The notes below the pieces were generated by a model. That model was not told where the DNA came from. It worked only from the letters and a program-made list of their open reading frames with translations, and did not search any database. From Pseudomonadota bacterium (lineage in GTDB: Bacteria > Pseudomonadota > Gammaproteobacteria > Burkholderiales > Casimicrobiaceae), in the NCBI GenBank assembly GCA_018241785.1, contig JAFEDF010000239.1, positions 26,144 to 90,143 of the forward strand: a stretch of 64,000 nucleotides of DNA, in the 5' to 3' direction. A program made the translations under genes and the position numbers. This document shows positions 12,870 to 23,323 of this stretch, one piece after another; positions within the stretch are counted from its first letter, which is position 1; every line of letters starts with the position of its first letter.

Positions 12870-13667
12870 TCAGTGCAGGGCCTTCCAGTAGTCCCGCTTC
12901 AGCGCGTAGGCAAGCGCGAAGAGCACGCCCAGGAACGCGAGCACGATGATGCCGAGATGGATGCGCTCGTCGCGAACCGGCTCGCTCATGTAGTCGAGGT
13001 AGTTGACGAGGTCGCCGACGAAGGCTTCGTACTGGGTGCGCGTCATCGTCCCCGGAGTGTCCGGGCCGATCGACACCATCATGTACTTGTGGTCCTTGGT
13101 CGGCTCGACCATCGCGAGCCCCTTGACCGCGATCGCCGCCGCCTCGGCCGATCCCTCGTCATCGAACTCCCTCTCGATGCGCTTGCCGGTCCCTGAGAGC
13201 TGCCAGAGCACGTTCGGCATGCCGACGTTCGGGAAGACGAGGTTGTTCCAGCCGGTCGCCGATTTGTCGTCGCGGTAGAAGCCGAGCAGGTAGTTGTAGA
13301 GCCAGTCGCGGCCGCGTACGCGCGCCTCGACCGAGAGATCGGGAGGCGGCGCACCGAACCACGCCTTGGCGTCGTCCTCGCGCATCGCCACCGTCATCGT
13401 GTCGCCGATCTTGCTGGTGGCGAACATCAGGTTGCCGGTGATCTGCCCGGGCGTCAGGCCGATGTCGGCGAGCCGGTTGTAGCGCATGTACTGGGCGGAG
13501 TGGCAGGTCAGGCAGTAGTTGACGAAGTCGCGCGCGCCGCGCTGCAGCGACGCGACGTCGAGGCGATTGTCCGGGGCGGGCGCCATGCGCAGGCCCGCCT
13601 CCTGTGCGTGCGCGGCGAACCCGGCGAAAGCGAGCACCGCACAGGCGATCATCGCGAGCTTTTTCAT
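12870..13667 (-). CDS. petC: Cytochrome c1
   Basis: Signal peptide, heme motif CLTCH, PDLS, Met ligand in GMPNVL, C-terminal TM anchor. Start 13667 overlaps the petB stop (ATGA). Confidence 0.96.
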   Translation of the reverse strand: MKKLAMIACAVLAFAGFAAHAQEAGLRMAPAPDNRLDVASLQRGARDFVNYCLTCHSAQYMRYNRLADIGLTPGQITGNLMFATSKIGDTMTVAMREDDAKAWFGAPPPDLSVEARVRGRDWLYNYLLGFYRDDKSATGWNNLVFPNVGMPNVLWQLSGTGKRIEREFDDEGSAEAAAIAVKGLAMVEPTKDHKYMMVSIGPDTPGTMTRTQYEAFVGDLVNYLDYMSEPVRDERIHLGIIVLAFLGVLFALAYALKRDYWKALH

Positions 13668-14938
13668 GGCCACCTCACCCGGTCGGGTTGGGGCCGGGTC
13701 TTGTCGCGCACGGAGTACCACGGCATCAGCAGGAAAAACGCGAAGTAGACGACCGTCAGCACACGCGAGACCACGGTTGCGCGATCGGCGCCGTGGAAGG
13801 GAAACGCATCGGCGAACTGCCCCCATACGGTGACCGGGACCGTGCCGAGGTAGCCGAGGATCAGGAACGACACGATGAAAGCGATCAGGAACCCCTTGTA
13901 GAGCCGCCCGCGGTAGCGGATCGACTTGACCGGCGCGCGGTCGAGCCACGGCAGCGCGAAGAAGATCAGCACTGCACAGGCCATCACGATCACACCCCAG
14001 ACCTGCGTCTCGAGGAACGACGGCACCGCGCGCAGCATCGCGTAGTACGGCGTGAAGTACCACACCGGCGCGATCTCCTGCGGAGTCTTCAGCGGGTCGG
14101 CCGGGATGAAGTTGTTGGCCTCGAGGAAGAAGCCGCCCATGTTCGGAAGGAAGAACACGATCGCCGAGAACACGATCAGGAAGCCGATCACGCCGACGAT
14201 GTCCTTCACCGTGTAGTACGGGTGCGAGTAGATGCCGTCGAGCGGCAGGCCCGTCTTCGGATCCTTCGGCTGCTTCTTGATCTCGACACCGTCGGGATTG
14301 TTCGACCCGGTCTCGTGCAGCGCCATCAGGTGCATGACGACGAGCGCCACCAGCACGAGCGGCAGCGCCGCGACGTGGAAGGCGAAGAAGCGGTTGAGCG
14401 TCACGTCCGAGATCGTGTAGTCGCCGCGGATCCACACCGCGAGGCCCTCGCCGATGCCGGGAATGGTCGAGAACAGGTTGACGATCACCTGCGCGCCCCA
14501 GTACGACATCTGGCCCCACGGCAACAGGTAGCCGAAGAACGCCTCGGCCATCAGCGCGAGGTAGATGACGCAGCCGAAGAGCCAGGTGAGTTCGCGCGGC
14601 TTGCGGTAGCTGCCGTAGATCAATCCGCGGAACATGTGCAGGTACACGACGACGAAGAACATCGACGCGCCCGTCGAGTGCATGTAGCGGATCAGCCAGC
14701 CCCAGTGCACGTCGCGCATGATGTACTCGATGGACCCGAAGGCTTTCGCCGCATCGGGCTTGTAGTCCATCGCGAGCCAGATGCCGGTGACGATCTGCAG
14801 CACCAGTATGAACGCGGCGAGCGAGCCGAAGAAGTACCAGAAGTTGAAGTTCTTGGGCGCGATGTACTTGCCCCACTGGCTCTCCCACAGAGCAGTGAGC
14901 GGGAAGCGCTCGTCGACCCAGGTCATGAACTTGCTCAT
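13664..14938 (-). CDS. petB: Cytochrome b
   Basis: NFWYFFGS, RYMHSTGAS, GQMSYWG, RFFAFH, PVWYF. Start revised to 14938 (MSKFMTW). Confidence 0.98.
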   Translation of the reverse strand: MSKFMTWVDERFPLTALWESQWGKYIAPKNFNFWYFFGSLAAFILVLQIVTGIWLAMDYKPDAAKAFGSIEYIMRDVHWGWLIRYMHSTGASMFFVVVYLHMFRGLIYGSYRKPRELTWLFGCVIYLALMAEAFFGYLLPWGQMSYWGAQVIVNLFSTIPGIGEGLAVWIRGDYTISDVTLNRFFAFHVAALPLVLVALVVMHLMALHETGSNNPDGVEIKKQPKDPKTGLPLDGIYSHPYYTVKDIVGVIGFLIVFSAIVFFLPNMGGFFLEANNFIPADPLKTPQEIAPVWYFTPYYAMLRAVPSFLETQVWGVIVMACAVLIFFALPWLDRAPVKSIRYRGRLYKGFLIAFIVSFLILGYLGTVPVTVWGQFADAFPFHGADRATVVSRVLTVVYFAFFLLMPWYSVRDKTRPQPDRVRWP

Positions 14939-14954
14939 CGATCGCTCCGTTGCG

Positions 14955-15551
14955 TCATGCCTGCTTCGGATCCTCGCCGACCACCACGCGGGTGTCGCTC
15001 GCGTACCGGTAAGGCGGGACGTAGAGGTTCGTCGGCGCGGGGACCCCCTTGAAGACGCGCCCGGCGAGGTCGTATTTAGACTGGTGGCAGGGACAGAAGA
15101 AGCCGCCGAGCCAGTCGGGGCCGAGGTCCGCCGGGGCGACCTCGGGCCTGAACGTCGGCGTGCAGCCGAGGTGGGTGCAGATGCCAATACCGACCCACAG
15201 ATTCGGCTTGCTCGAGCGGTTCTCGTTCTTGCAGTACTCCGGCTGGTGCGGAACCTCGGACTTCGGATCGGCGACACGCGAATCCATCTTCGGCAGCGTC
15301 GCCAGCATCGCATCGGTGCGGTTGACGACAAAGATCGGCTTGCCGCGCCAGGCGACGGTGATCATCATGCCCGACTCGATCTTCGAGATGTCGATCTCGA
15401 CCGGAGCCCCCGCGGCCCTCGCCGCCTCGCTCGGGGACAGCGATGCGACGAACGGGATCGCCACTCCGATGACGCCGATGCCTCCGACGACCGACGTCGC
15501 GCCGATCAGGAACCGTCGCTTGCCCGTGTTGACTGCCGCATCCGCGCTCAT
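14955..15551 (-). CDS. petA: Ubiquinol-cytochrome c reductase Rieske Fe-S subunit
   Basis: Tat-like KRRFL anchor, CTHLGC and CPCH Rieske boxes. Confidence 0.97.
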   Translation of the reverse strand: MSADAAVNTGKRRFLIGATSVVGGIGVIGVAIPFVASLSPSEAARAAGAPVEIDISKIESGMMITVAWRGKPIFVVNRTDAMLATLPKMDSRVADPKSEVPHQPEYCKNENRSSKPNLWVGIGICTHLGCTPTFRPEVAPADLGPDWLGGFFCPCHQSKYDLAGRVFKGVPAPTNLYVPPYRYASDTRVVVGEDPKQA

Positions 15552-15602
15552 CCGCCGCCTTTCGTCCGGCACGTCTCGCCGGATCGCAAAAAAACCCGCG
15601 GA

Positions 15603-15608
15603 TTATAC
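15603..15608 (-). promoter_or_regulatory. -10 box (TATAAT) for petABC
   Basis: Plus-strand ATTATA about 50 nt upstream of the petA ATG. Confidence 0.55.
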
Positions 15609-15750
15609 GAGATTCTGGTCGATCAATTGAAGCGCGATCGTGCGACGGGCGCGCTTTCCCGTGCAGAAACAGTCAGTTGGAGCGCCCGGCACAAACGGCA
15701 CGCGACGCAAGCCGTTACGATCGTTCCGCGCGATCGGGGTGCGCCGCACC

Positions 15751-15756
15751 TATAAT
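15751..15756 (+). promoter_or_regulatory. -10 box (TATAAT) for the HtrA protease
   Basis: Perfect TATAAT 65 nt upstream of ATG 15822. Confidence 0.55.
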
Positions 15757-15821
15757 GCGCGGGCGGCGCGTGCCTGTGACCCGGCCGGCGCGGCGCTGCT
15801 GTCCTTCATTGCGCCCGGCAC

Positions 15822-17006
15822 ATGCCGGCCCTCCCTGTGCTGAAGCATTTCTGGCTCCTGTTCGCCCAGGCCTGCACGCTCTGCCTCGCTGCGCTGTTCG
15901 TCGTCGTGACGCTGCGACCCGATCTGCTCCCGCGCTTCGCCGCACGGCAAAACCAGGTGGTCGTGCTGCGCGAGGCAGCGCCGGGACCTTCGACGCCGGT
16001 GCCGGCGCAGCCGACGACGGGTTACGCCGACGCGGCACGGAAAGCGATGCCGTCGGTCGTCAACGTCTATACGAGCAAGGCAGTGCGCGTCGCCAATCCA
16101 CTGCTCGACGACCCGATGCTGAAGCGCTTCTTTCCCGATCTCGTCGAGCGGGCGCAGACGCGGCGCACGACGAGCCTGGGGTCGGGCGTGATCGTCGCGC
16201 GCAACGGGTATGTGCTCACCAATCATCACGTGATCGCCGGCGCCGACGAGATCCAGGTCGTGCTCGCCGACGGCCGCGACTTCCGCGCCACGGTTCGCGG
16301 CGACGATCCCGAGACCGACCTCGCCGTGCTCAAGGTCGACGCGACCGACCTGCCGGCGATCACCTTCGGCTCGATCGACCAGGTCGAAGTCGGCGACATC
16401 GTGCTTGCGATCGGCAATCCGTTCGGCTTCGGCAACACCGTCACCGCCGGCATCGTCAGCGCGCTCGGGCGCAACCACCTCGGCGTCAACCGCTTCGAGG
16501 ACTTCATCCAGACCGATGCACCGATCAACCCGGGCAACTCGGGCGGCGCTCTCGTCGACACGCACGGCGACCTCATCGGCATCAACAGCACGATCTTCTC
16601 GCAGTCGGGGGGGTCGATGGGCATCGGCTTCGCGATTCCCGTTTCGCTCGCGCGCGACGTGCTGGAGCAGATCATCGCCCGCGGCGAGGTCACGCGCGGC
16701 TGGCTCGGCGTCGAACCGCAGGCGCTCACTCCCGGCGCCGCGCAGGCGCTCGGCGTTCCCGTGTCGGCGGGCGTGCTGGTGAGCGGCGTGCAGCGCGGCG
16801 GACCGGCCGATCGCGCGGGAGTGCATCTGCGCGACGTCATCGTCGCGATCGCCGATCGCTCGACTCGCGACGTGCCGCAGCTGATGGCGCAGGTCGCGGA
16901 CCTCTCGCCCGGATCGGTCGTCAGGCTGTCGCTGCTGCGCGAGGGCAAGCCTCTCGCCGTCGAGGTGACGGTCGCCAAGCGGCCGCCGCCGACACCTGCG
17001 CAATAG
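15822..17006 (+). CDS. HtrA/DegS-DegQ family serine protease (trypsin domain + one PDZ)
   Basis: LGSGVI, LTNHHV (His), DLAVLK (Asp), GNSGGAL (Ser), PDZ GGPADRAG; N-terminal TM segment. Confidence 0.95.
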   Translation: MPALPVLKHFWLLFAQACTLCLAALFVVVTLRPDLLPRFAARQNQVVVLREAAPGPSTPVPAQPTTGYADAARKAMPSVVNVYTSKAVRVANPLLDDPMLKRFFPDLVERAQTRRTTSLGSGVIVARNGYVLTNHHVIAGADEIQVVLADGRDFRATVRGDDPETDLAVLKVDATDLPAITFGSIDQVEVGDIVLAIGNPFGFGNTVTAGIVSALGRNHLGVNRFEDFIQTDAPINPGNSGGALVDTHGDLIGINSTIFSQSGGSMGIGFAIPVSLARDVLEQIIARGEVTRGWLGVEPQALTPGAAQALGVPVSAGVLVSGVQRGGPADRAGVHLRDVIVAIADRSTRDVPQLMAQVADLSPGSVVRLSLLREGKPLAVEVTVAKRPPPTPAQ

Positions 17007-17139
17007 CTCGAATGGAACGTGAGTTTCTGATCCCGGGATTGCCTTTCCTGGGATACCTGTACTCAGGATTCGAGCACCCCCCCGCATGTCGACATGACGC
17101 GAATGCTATGGCGCGGGGCGATGATGGCAGAGGTGATCG

Positions 17140-17580
17140 ATGGTCGTGAAACGGTGCGGACTGCGCGAGCAGCTCAACGATTCGAGAAGACTCGTCGTCA
17201 GCGGCATCCTGGTCGCCGCCTTGCTGCTGATCGCGTCCTTTGTCCGGAACCGCGCCATCGCGCACGCGATGTTGCTCGGTGGGATCGTCGGTGTGCTCAC
17301 ACACTGGTGGATGACCGGCCCCGCCGAAGCCGACGTTCCAGGGGCATTCCCGCGCGCGGCGCGAGTCTCCGAATGGATCGAGCGGCGGGGCTATGCAAGG
17401 GCTCCCGGCACCGACCGGTGGATTCCGAAGCGGTCCTGGTGGCTGTGCTACCGCTCAGAAGACATCGTTCTCGAACAGATCGGAGCCGTCATAAGAGTTC
17501 GTGGGCCGCACCATCTGATGAAACGACTCGCTGAGAGGGTCGCGGACTCTGTTTCCGCGCCCGAGGCCTCAGAACATTGA
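17140..17580 (+). CDS. Hypothetical 2-TM membrane protein in a lower-GC patch
   Basis: Strong SD GAGGTG just before the ATG; two hydrophobic helices, then a soluble domain; no family recognised. Confidence 0.6.
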   Translation: MVVKRCGLREQLNDSRRLVVSGILVAALLLIASFVRNRAIAHAMLLGGIVGVLTHWWMTGPAEADVPGAFPRAARVSEWIERRGYARAPGTDRWIPKRSWWLCYRSEDIVLEQIGAVIRVRGPHHLMKRLAERVADSVSAPEASEH

Positions 17581-17674
17581 CGGTGGCGCAGCCTCGGCGG
17601 ACGTCGCGTTCGAGCGTGCGTTGCGACGCGGCCCTAGTTCGAACCCGTTGAGATCACGACTTCCGAAAGCGTCG

Positions 17675-18457
17675 CTACTTCGCCGGCTCGGTCTCCTCTT
17701 CCGGCGCATCGGGCGCACGTGCGGCCGGGCTCGACACGAAGCGCGCGACGAGCAGCCCGATCTCGTAGAGCATCCACAGCGGCACCGCGAGCAGGCACTG
17801 CGACAGGATGTCGGGCGGCGTGAACAGCGCTCCGATGATGAACGCGCCGACGATCGCGTAGGGCCGCACCGACTTCAGCCTGGCGAGCGAGACGATGCCG
17901 AGGCGCACCAGCACGACGATCACCACCGGCGTCTCGAACGTGACGCCGAACGCGATGAACATCTTCAGCACGAACGTCACGTACTTGTCGATGTCGGTCA
18001 TCATCTGCACGCCGACCGGCGTGTAGTGCGCGAAGAAGTGGAACGCGACCGGGAAGACGACGAAGTACGCGAACGACATGCCGACGAGGAAGAAGAAGCA
18101 GCTCGACACCAGCACCGGCAGCACCAGCCGCTTCTCGTGCCGGTAGAGACCGGGCGCGACGAATGCCCACACCTGCCACAGCACGTACGGAAGCGCGATC
18201 AGGAACGCCGCGACCAGCGTCACCTTGAGCGGCACGAGGAACGTGCCGGTGACGTCGGTGGCGATCATCGTCGCGCCTTGCGGCAGCGCCCGAAGCAGCG
18301 GACGCGCCAGGAATTCGTAGATGTCCTTGGCGAACGGGAACAGCGCCGCAAGCACCACCACCACCGCGACGATCGAGCGCATCAGTCGCGTGCGCAGCTC
18401 GATCAGGTGCGAAATGAAGGTTTCCTGCGTGTCGGTCGATTCCGTGCCTTCGCTCAT
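17675..18457 (-). CDS. tatC: Twin-arginine translocase TatC
   Basis: HLIELRTRL, WAFVAPGLYRHEKR, FGVTFETP, FTPPD; start revised to 18457. Confidence 0.97.
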   Translation of the reverse strand: MSEGTESTDTQETFISHLIELRTRLMRSIVAVVVVLAALFPFAKDIYEFLARPLLRALPQGATMIATDVTGTFLVPLKVTLVAAFLIALPYVLWQVWAFVAPGLYRHEKRLVLPVLVSSCFFFLVGMSFAYFVVFPVAFHFFAHYTPVGVQMMTDIDKYVTFVLKMFIAFGVTFETPVVIVVLVRLGIVSLARLKSVRPYAIVGAFIIGALFTPPDILSQCLLAVPLWMLYEIGLLVARFVSSPAARAPDAPEEETEPAK

Positions 18458-18527
18458 CGCGCTCGCATGTGCAGCCCTCGATGCCGGCGCAGCTCGGAGG
18501 CTGCGCCGCGGGCCGCGTGTTCGTCGG

Positions 18528-18956
18528 TCAGATCCGGTCGAAGCCCGGAAGCGTCGCCTGCCGCGCGCCCTCGGCGGCGCCGGCGCCCGCGGATGCGCCC
18601 GGCGCGCCCGGCGCACTCGCCGTCCCGGCAGGCAATGCCGCCGGGGCGGCGGTGCCCGCAGCGGCTTCGTTCAACTCGCGCTCGACGTCGCGCACGCCGC
18701 TCGCGACGTCGTTGGCGGCGCTCGTCATCGTTCGCTCGAACTCCTGCGCCGCACCCTGCATCTCGGTCTTCAGCTTGCGCAGCTCCTCGAGTTCCATCTC
18801 GCGGCTGATGTCGGCCTTGACCTCGTTGACGTAGCGCTGCAGCCGCCCGAACAGGTGTCCGAGCGTGCGCGCCGCCTTCGGCAGCCGCTCGGGGCCGAGC
18901 ACGACCAGCGCGACGACCGCGATCAGGACGATTTCGGAAAAGCCGATGTCGAACAT
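18528..18956 (-). CDS. tatB: Twin-arginine translocase TatB
   Basis: MFDIGFSEIVLIAVVALVVLGPERLP. Confidence 0.97.
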   Translation of the reverse strand: MFDIGFSEIVLIAVVALVVLGPERLPKAARTLGHLFGRLQRYVNEVKADISREMELEELRKLKTEMQGAAQEFERTMTSAANDVASGVRDVERELNEAAAGTAAPAALPAGTASAPGAPGASAGAGAAEGARQATLPGFDRI

Positions 18957-19025
18957 GGCAGTACGGCGCTCAGCGGGCCGCCGCGGCCGGCAGCGCCCGC
19001 GGTGGCGCGCGCCCGCGCCGGCGCG

Positions 19026-19259
19026 TCAGACCTTGGACGAGGTCTCCTTGGTGACCTCGGCGTCGATCGTGCGTCCGGTCACCTGCGGCGCATCGGCCGG
19101 CGCCGGCGGCGCGGGCTCCTCGGCGCCCTTCATGCCTTCCTTGAAACCCTTGACGGCGCCGCCCAGATCCTGGCCGATGTTGCGCAGCTTCTTGGTGCCG
19201 AAGATCAGCACGACGACCAGAAGCACGATCAACCAGTGCCAGATGCTCAATCCACCCAT
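19026..19259 (-). CDS. tatA: Twin-arginine translocase TatA
   Basis: [40 protein letters not shown]. Confidence 0.97.
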   Translation of the reverse strand: MGGLSIWHWLIVLLVVVLIFGTKKLRNIGQDLGGAVKGFKEGMKGAEEPAPPAPADAPQVTGRTIDAEVTKETSSKV

Positions 19260-19285
19260 GGCTCTCTCTCCTTGTTTCGAATCGG

Positions 19286-19651
19286 TTACGCGCCCGTGCG
19301 CGGCAGCATGGGCCCGAGGCGATCGGGCCCGCCGAGAATGTGCACGTGCACATGCATCACGTCCTGGCGCCCGACGTGGCCGGTGTTGACGATGGTGCGA
19401 AAACCGTTGCCGGCACCCTGCTCGCGCGCAAGCTTCCCGGCGAGCGACAGGATGCGCCCCAGCGCCGGAGCATCTCCCGGGACCGTGTCGTAGAGCGTCG
19501 GAATGTGGCGCTTGGGCACCATCAGGAAGTGCACCGGCGCCCACGGCTGGATGTCGTGAAACGCGATGATCTCGTCGTCCTCGTATACCTTGCGGCTGGG
19601 AATCTCGCCGCGGATGATCTTGCAGAACACGCAGTTCGGATCGTCAGCCAT
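19286..19651 (-). CDS. Histidine triad (HIT) nucleotide-binding protein
   Basis: [12 protein letters not shown] and HIT motif HVHVHIL. Confidence 0.95.
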   Translation of the reverse strand: MADDPNCVFCKIIRGEIPSRKVYEDDEIIAFHDIQPWAPVHFLMVPKRHIPTLYDTVPGDAPALGRILSLAGKLAREQGAGNGFRTIVNTGHVGRQDVMHVHVHILGGPDRLGPMLPRTGA

Positions 19652-19705
19652 GCCGGAGCCTGTCAATGCCATCGTCGGTCAGCCCGGTACGGGAGGTGCC
19701 GCGCA

Positions 19706-20095
19706 TCAGCGGCGGCTCGCCTTCTCCGCGTGGCCGGAAACGCCCTCCCGCCGGGCGAGTTCCGCCAGGACGTCGGCGGGACCCAGGCCGTGGCGCGCGA
19801 GAAGCACGAGGCAGTGAAACCAGAGATCGGCGACCTCGGCGGCAATGCGAATCTTATCACTGCCCTTGCCGGCGATGACCGTCTCGGTCGCCTCCTCGCC
19901 GATCTTCTTCAGGATCGCCTCGTCGCCCTTGGCGAACAGCGACGCGACGTACGACTGGCGCGGATCGGCGTGCTTGCGCGTCTCGATCGTCGCGGCGAGG
20001 CGCTCGAGCACGTCGCACGCGGCCTCGCTCGGCCCGCGGGCGCCTGAACCCGCAGCGCCCCCGGCGTCGCCCGCCCTGCGCTCACTCGTGGCCAT
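19706..20095 (-). CDS. hisE: Phosphoribosyl-ATP diphosphatase
   Basis: [31 protein letters not shown]. Confidence 0.95.
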   Translation of the reverse strand: MATSERRAGDAGGAAGSGARGPSEAACDVLERLAATIETRKHADPRQSYVASLFAKGDEAILKKIGEEATETVIAGKGSDKIRIAAEVADLWFHCLVLLARHGLGPADVLAELARREGVSGHAEKASRR

Positions 20096-20480
20096 AGACC
20101 GTGACCGGATCCTCGAGCACCGGCTCGACGACGTGCCACTGGCCGCCTTCCAGCCGGTGGTAGAAGCAGCGCTCGCGCCCCGTATGACAGGCGATGCCGC
20201 CGACCTGTTCGACCGCGAGCAGGATGGTGTCGCGGTCACAGTCGAGGCGGATCTCGCGCACGCGCTGGACGTGCCCCGAGCGCTCGCCCTTGTGCCACAG
20301 CTGCGCACGCGAGCGCGACCAGTAATGCGCCTCGCGCGTGGCCTCGGTCAACTCGAGCGCCTGCCGGTTCATCCAGGCGAGCGTCAGCACGCGGTGGGTC
20401 GCCGCATCCTGCGCAATCGCCGGAACGAGCCCGTCGGCGTTCCAGCGCACGGCGTCCTGCCAGGCGGTCTGTTTCGCCAT
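20082..20480 (-). CDS. hisI: Phosphoribosyl-AMP cyclohydrolase
   Basis: [32 protein letters not shown]. Confidence 0.96.
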   Translation of the reverse strand: MAKQTAWQDAVRWNADGLVPAIAQDAATHRVLTLAWMNRQALELTEATREAHYWSRSRAQLWHKGERSGHVQRVREIRLDCDRDTILLAVEQVGGIACHTGRERCFYHRLEGGQWHVVEPVLEDPVTVYGHE

Positions 20481-20482
20481 CG

Positions 20483-21244
20483 TCAGTCCCGCACCTCGAT
20501 GCCCGCCGCCCTCATCGCCGCCTTGGCAGCGCCGATCGTGTATTCGCCGTAATGAAAGATCGAGGCGGCAAGGACCGCGTCGGCCCCGCCCTCGACGACG
20601 CCGTCGACGAGGTCGGCGAGCGAGCCGACACCCCCCGACGCGATCACCGGCACGTCGACCGCATCGGCGACCGCGCGCGTCAGCTTGAGGTCGAAGCCGT
20701 GACGTGCGCCATCGCGATCCATGCTGGTGAGCAGGATCTCTCCCGCACCCTGTGCGACCACTTCGCACGCCCAGTCGACGGCGTCGATGCCGGTCGGCGT
20801 GCGCCCGCCGTGGATCCACACCTGCCACTGGTCCACCGCGCACTTCCTGGCGTCGATCGCCGCCACGATGCACTGCGCGCCGAAGCGCTCGGACGCGGCG
20901 CGGAACAGCGTCGGATCACGCACGCCCGCGGTGTTGATGCTGACCTTGTCGGCGCCGGCGTTGAGCAGCGCGCGGATATCGTCCAGCGTGGCAACCCCGC
21001 CGCCGACCGTGAGCGGAATGAACACCTGGTCGGCGACCGCCTCGATCATGCCGTAGAGGAGGCCGCGCGACTCGACGCTCGCGCGAATGTCGAGGAAGGC
21101 GATCTCGTCGGCGCCCTCGGCGTCGTAGCGCCGCGCCGTCTCGACCGGATCCCCCGCGTCCTTGAGGTCGACGAAGCGGATCCCCTTGACCACGCGCCCG
21201 CCGGCGACGTCGAGGCAGGGAATGACGCGCCTGGCGAGGCTCAC
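20483..21244 (-). CDS. hisF: Imidazole glycerol phosphate synthase, cyclase subunit
   Basis: [43 protein letters not shown]. Confidence 0.98.
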   Translation of the reverse strand: MSLARRVIPCLDVAGGRVVKGIRFVDLKDAGDPVETARRYDAEGADEIAFLDIRASVESRGLLYGMIEAVADQVFIPLTVGGGVATLDDIRALLNAGADKVSINTAGVRDPTLFRAASERFGAQCIVAAIDARKCAVDQWQVWIHGGRTPTGIDAVDWACEVVAQGAGEILLTSMDRDGARHGFDLKLTRAVADAVDVPVIASGGVGSLADLVDGVVEGGADAVLAASIFHYGEYTIGAAKAAMRAAGIEVRD

Positions 21245-21978
21245 GCCGCGCCCTTCGCGGCCTTCAGCGCTTCCCTGAAATCGAGGCGCCCCTCGTACAG
21301 CGCACGCCCGGCGATCGCGCCGATGATGCCGTCGCCCTCGTGGAGCAGCAGGTCGTGGATGTCCTTCAGCGACGCGATGCCGCCGCTCGCGATCACCGGC
21401 GTCTTCACCTCGCGCGCGAGGCTCACCGTGGCGGCGATGTTGACTCCGGTGAGCATGCCGTCGCGGCCGATGTCGGTATAGATGATCGCCTCGACGCCGT
21501 AGTCCTCGAACTTGCGCGCGAGGTCGACGACGTCGTGGCCGGACATCTTCGACCAGCCGTCGGTCGCCACCTTGCCGTCGCGCGCGTCGAGCCCGACGAT
21601 GATGTGGCCGGGAAACGCGTAGCAGGCGTCGTGCAGGAGCCCGGGATTCTTGACTGCGGCGGTGCCGATCACCACGAAGCTGATCCCGTCGTCGAGGTAG
21701 CGTTCGATGGTGTCGAGGTCGCGAATGCCGCCACCGAGCTGTACCGGAACGTCGTCGCCGACCACGCTGACGATCTCGCGGATCGCGAGCTCGTTCTTCG
21801 GCCGCCCCGACACGGCCCCGTTGAGATCGACGAGATGCAGGCGCTCGGCGCCGAGCTCGAGCCAGTGCTGCGCCATCGCGGCGGGATCCTCCGAGAATAC
21901 CGTCGCCGCCTGCATGTCGCCCTGGCGCAGGCGCACGCAGTGGCCGTCCTTGATGTCGATCGCGGGGATGATCTGCAT
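21241..21978 (-). CDS. hisA: ProFAR isomerase
   Basis: [42 protein letters not shown]. Confidence 0.98.
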   Translation of the reverse strand: MQIIPAIDIKDGHCVRLRQGDMQAATVFSEDPAAMAQHWLELGAERLHLVDLNGAVSGRPKNELAIREIVSVVGDDVPVQLGGGIRDLDTIERYLDDGISFVVIGTAAVKNPGLLHDACYAFPGHIIVGLDARDGKVATDGWSKMSGHDVVDLARKFEDYGVEAIIYTDIGRDGMLTGVNIAATVSLAREVKTPVIASGGIASLKDIHDLLLHEGDGIIGAIAGRALYEGRLDFREALKAAKGAA

Positions 21979-22037
21979 GTCGGGAAGACAGCGCAGGGGA
22001 CGCAACGCGAGGGCGCTCGAGCGCCTCGAGGGGTGGT

Positions 22038-22676
22038 CTAGGAACGCGGGTCCCAGGTCACGAAGTTCGCGAGCAGCCGCAGGCCGGCGCGCTGGCTCTT
22101 TTCCGGGTGGAACTGCACGGCGAAGATATTAGCCTGCGCTATGGCGCAAGTAAACGGCGACGCGTAGTCGGTCGTGCCGGCGGTGACGGCAGGATCGGCC
22201 GGCACCGGGTGGTAGCTGTGCGCGAAGTAGAAGCGCGCGCCGTCCGGAATCCCGCTCCACAGCGCATGCGGCATCGTCTGGCGGACCCGATTCCAGCCCA
22301 TGTGCGGGATCTTGAGGCGCTCCCGCGCCGGCGTCACGAGATCGGCCTCGCGAAAGCGCCGGACCCTCCCCGGCACGACCCCGAGGCACTCGGTCGGGCC
22401 CTCCTCGCTCATGTCGAAGAGCACCTGCAGTCCGAGGCACACGCCGAGAAACGGCCGCTCGCGAAGCGCCTCGACCACGGCGTCGCGCAGGCCCGAACGC
22501 ATAAGCCCCGCCATCGTCCCGGGCATCGCGCTCTGGCCGGGCAGCACGACGCGCGCCGCGGCGCGGATGTCGGCCGCGTCCGACGTCACGACGATCCGCT
22601 CGCGCGGAGCGACGTGCGCGAGCGCCTTCGCGACCGAGCGCAGGTTGCCCATCCCGTAGTCGACGACGGCCAGCAT
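22038..22676 (-). CDS. hisH: Imidazole glycerol phosphate synthase, glutaminase subunit
   Basis: [33 protein letters not shown]. Confidence 0.97.
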   Translation of the reverse strand: MLAVVDYGMGNLRSVAKALAHVAPRERIVVTSDAADIRAAARVVLPGQSAMPGTMAGLMRSGLRDAVVEALRERPFLGVCLGLQVLFDMSEEGPTECLGVVPGRVRRFREADLVTPARERLKIPHMGWNRVRQTMPHALWSGIPDGARFYFAHSYHPVPADPAVTAGTTDYASPFTCAIAQANIFAVQFHPEKSQRAGLRLLANFVTWDPRS

Positions 22677-22705
22677 GTCCGGGGACCTCGCGCCGTCCGC
22701 GCCTT

Positions 22706-23323
22706 CTACAGGCTGCCCTTCGTCGACGGCACCGCGGCGCCCGCGCGCGGGTCGCGCTCGCACGCGACGCGCAGCGCGCGCGCAAACGCCTTGAACACCG
22801 TCTCCGCCTGGTGGTGGGCGTTGTCGCCGCGAAGGTTGTCGAGGTGGAGCGTCGCCATCGCGTGGTTGGCGAAGCCCTGGAAGAACTCGTGCACGAGATC
22901 GACGTCGAAGCCGCCGACGAGCGCGCGCGTGAACGGAACGTGGAACGTGAGCCCGGGCCGGCCGGACAGATCGATCACCGCGCGCGACAGCGCCTCGTCG
23001 AGAGGGACGCAGGCGTGGCCGTAGCGGCGGATGCCGCGCTTGTCGCCGAGCGCCTGCCGCAGGGCGTCGCCGATCGCAATGCCGGCATCCTCGACCGTGT
23101 GGTGGGCGTCGACGTGAAGGTCGCCCTTCGCGCGCACTTCGAGGTCGAGCATCGCGTGGCGCCCGACCTGGTCGAGCATGTGGTCGAGGAACCCGATGCC
23201 CGTCGCGAGCTGCGTATGCCCGGCGCCGTCGACGTCGAGCACGACCTCGATGTCGGTCTCCGCCGTGCGCCGCGCAACCCGCGCCGTGCGGTGCGCAGCG
23301 GTGGTGTCGAAGGGTGCGTTCAT
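22706..23323 (-). CDS. hisB: Imidazoleglycerol-phosphate dehydratase
   Basis: [36 protein letters not shown]. Confidence 0.98.
   Translation of the reverse strand: MNAPFDTTAAHRTARVARRTAETDIEVVLDVDGAGHTQLATGIGFLDHMLDQVGRHAMLDLEVRAKGDLHVDAHHTVEDAGIAIGDALRQALGDKRGIRRYGHACVPLDEALSRAVIDLSGRPGLTFHVPFTRALVGGFDVDLVHEFFQGFANHAMATLHLDNLRGDNAHHQAETVFKAFARALRVACERDPRAGAAVPSTKGSL

Noticed and set aside
12870-14888. 672-aa ORF suggesting a petB-petC fusion
   Set aside because: petB is in another frame and stops at 13664; petC starts at 13667 with a normal ATGA overlap.
17634-17650. GTTCGAACCC resembling a tRNA T-loop
   Set aside because: No acceptor, D or anticodon stems can be built around it.
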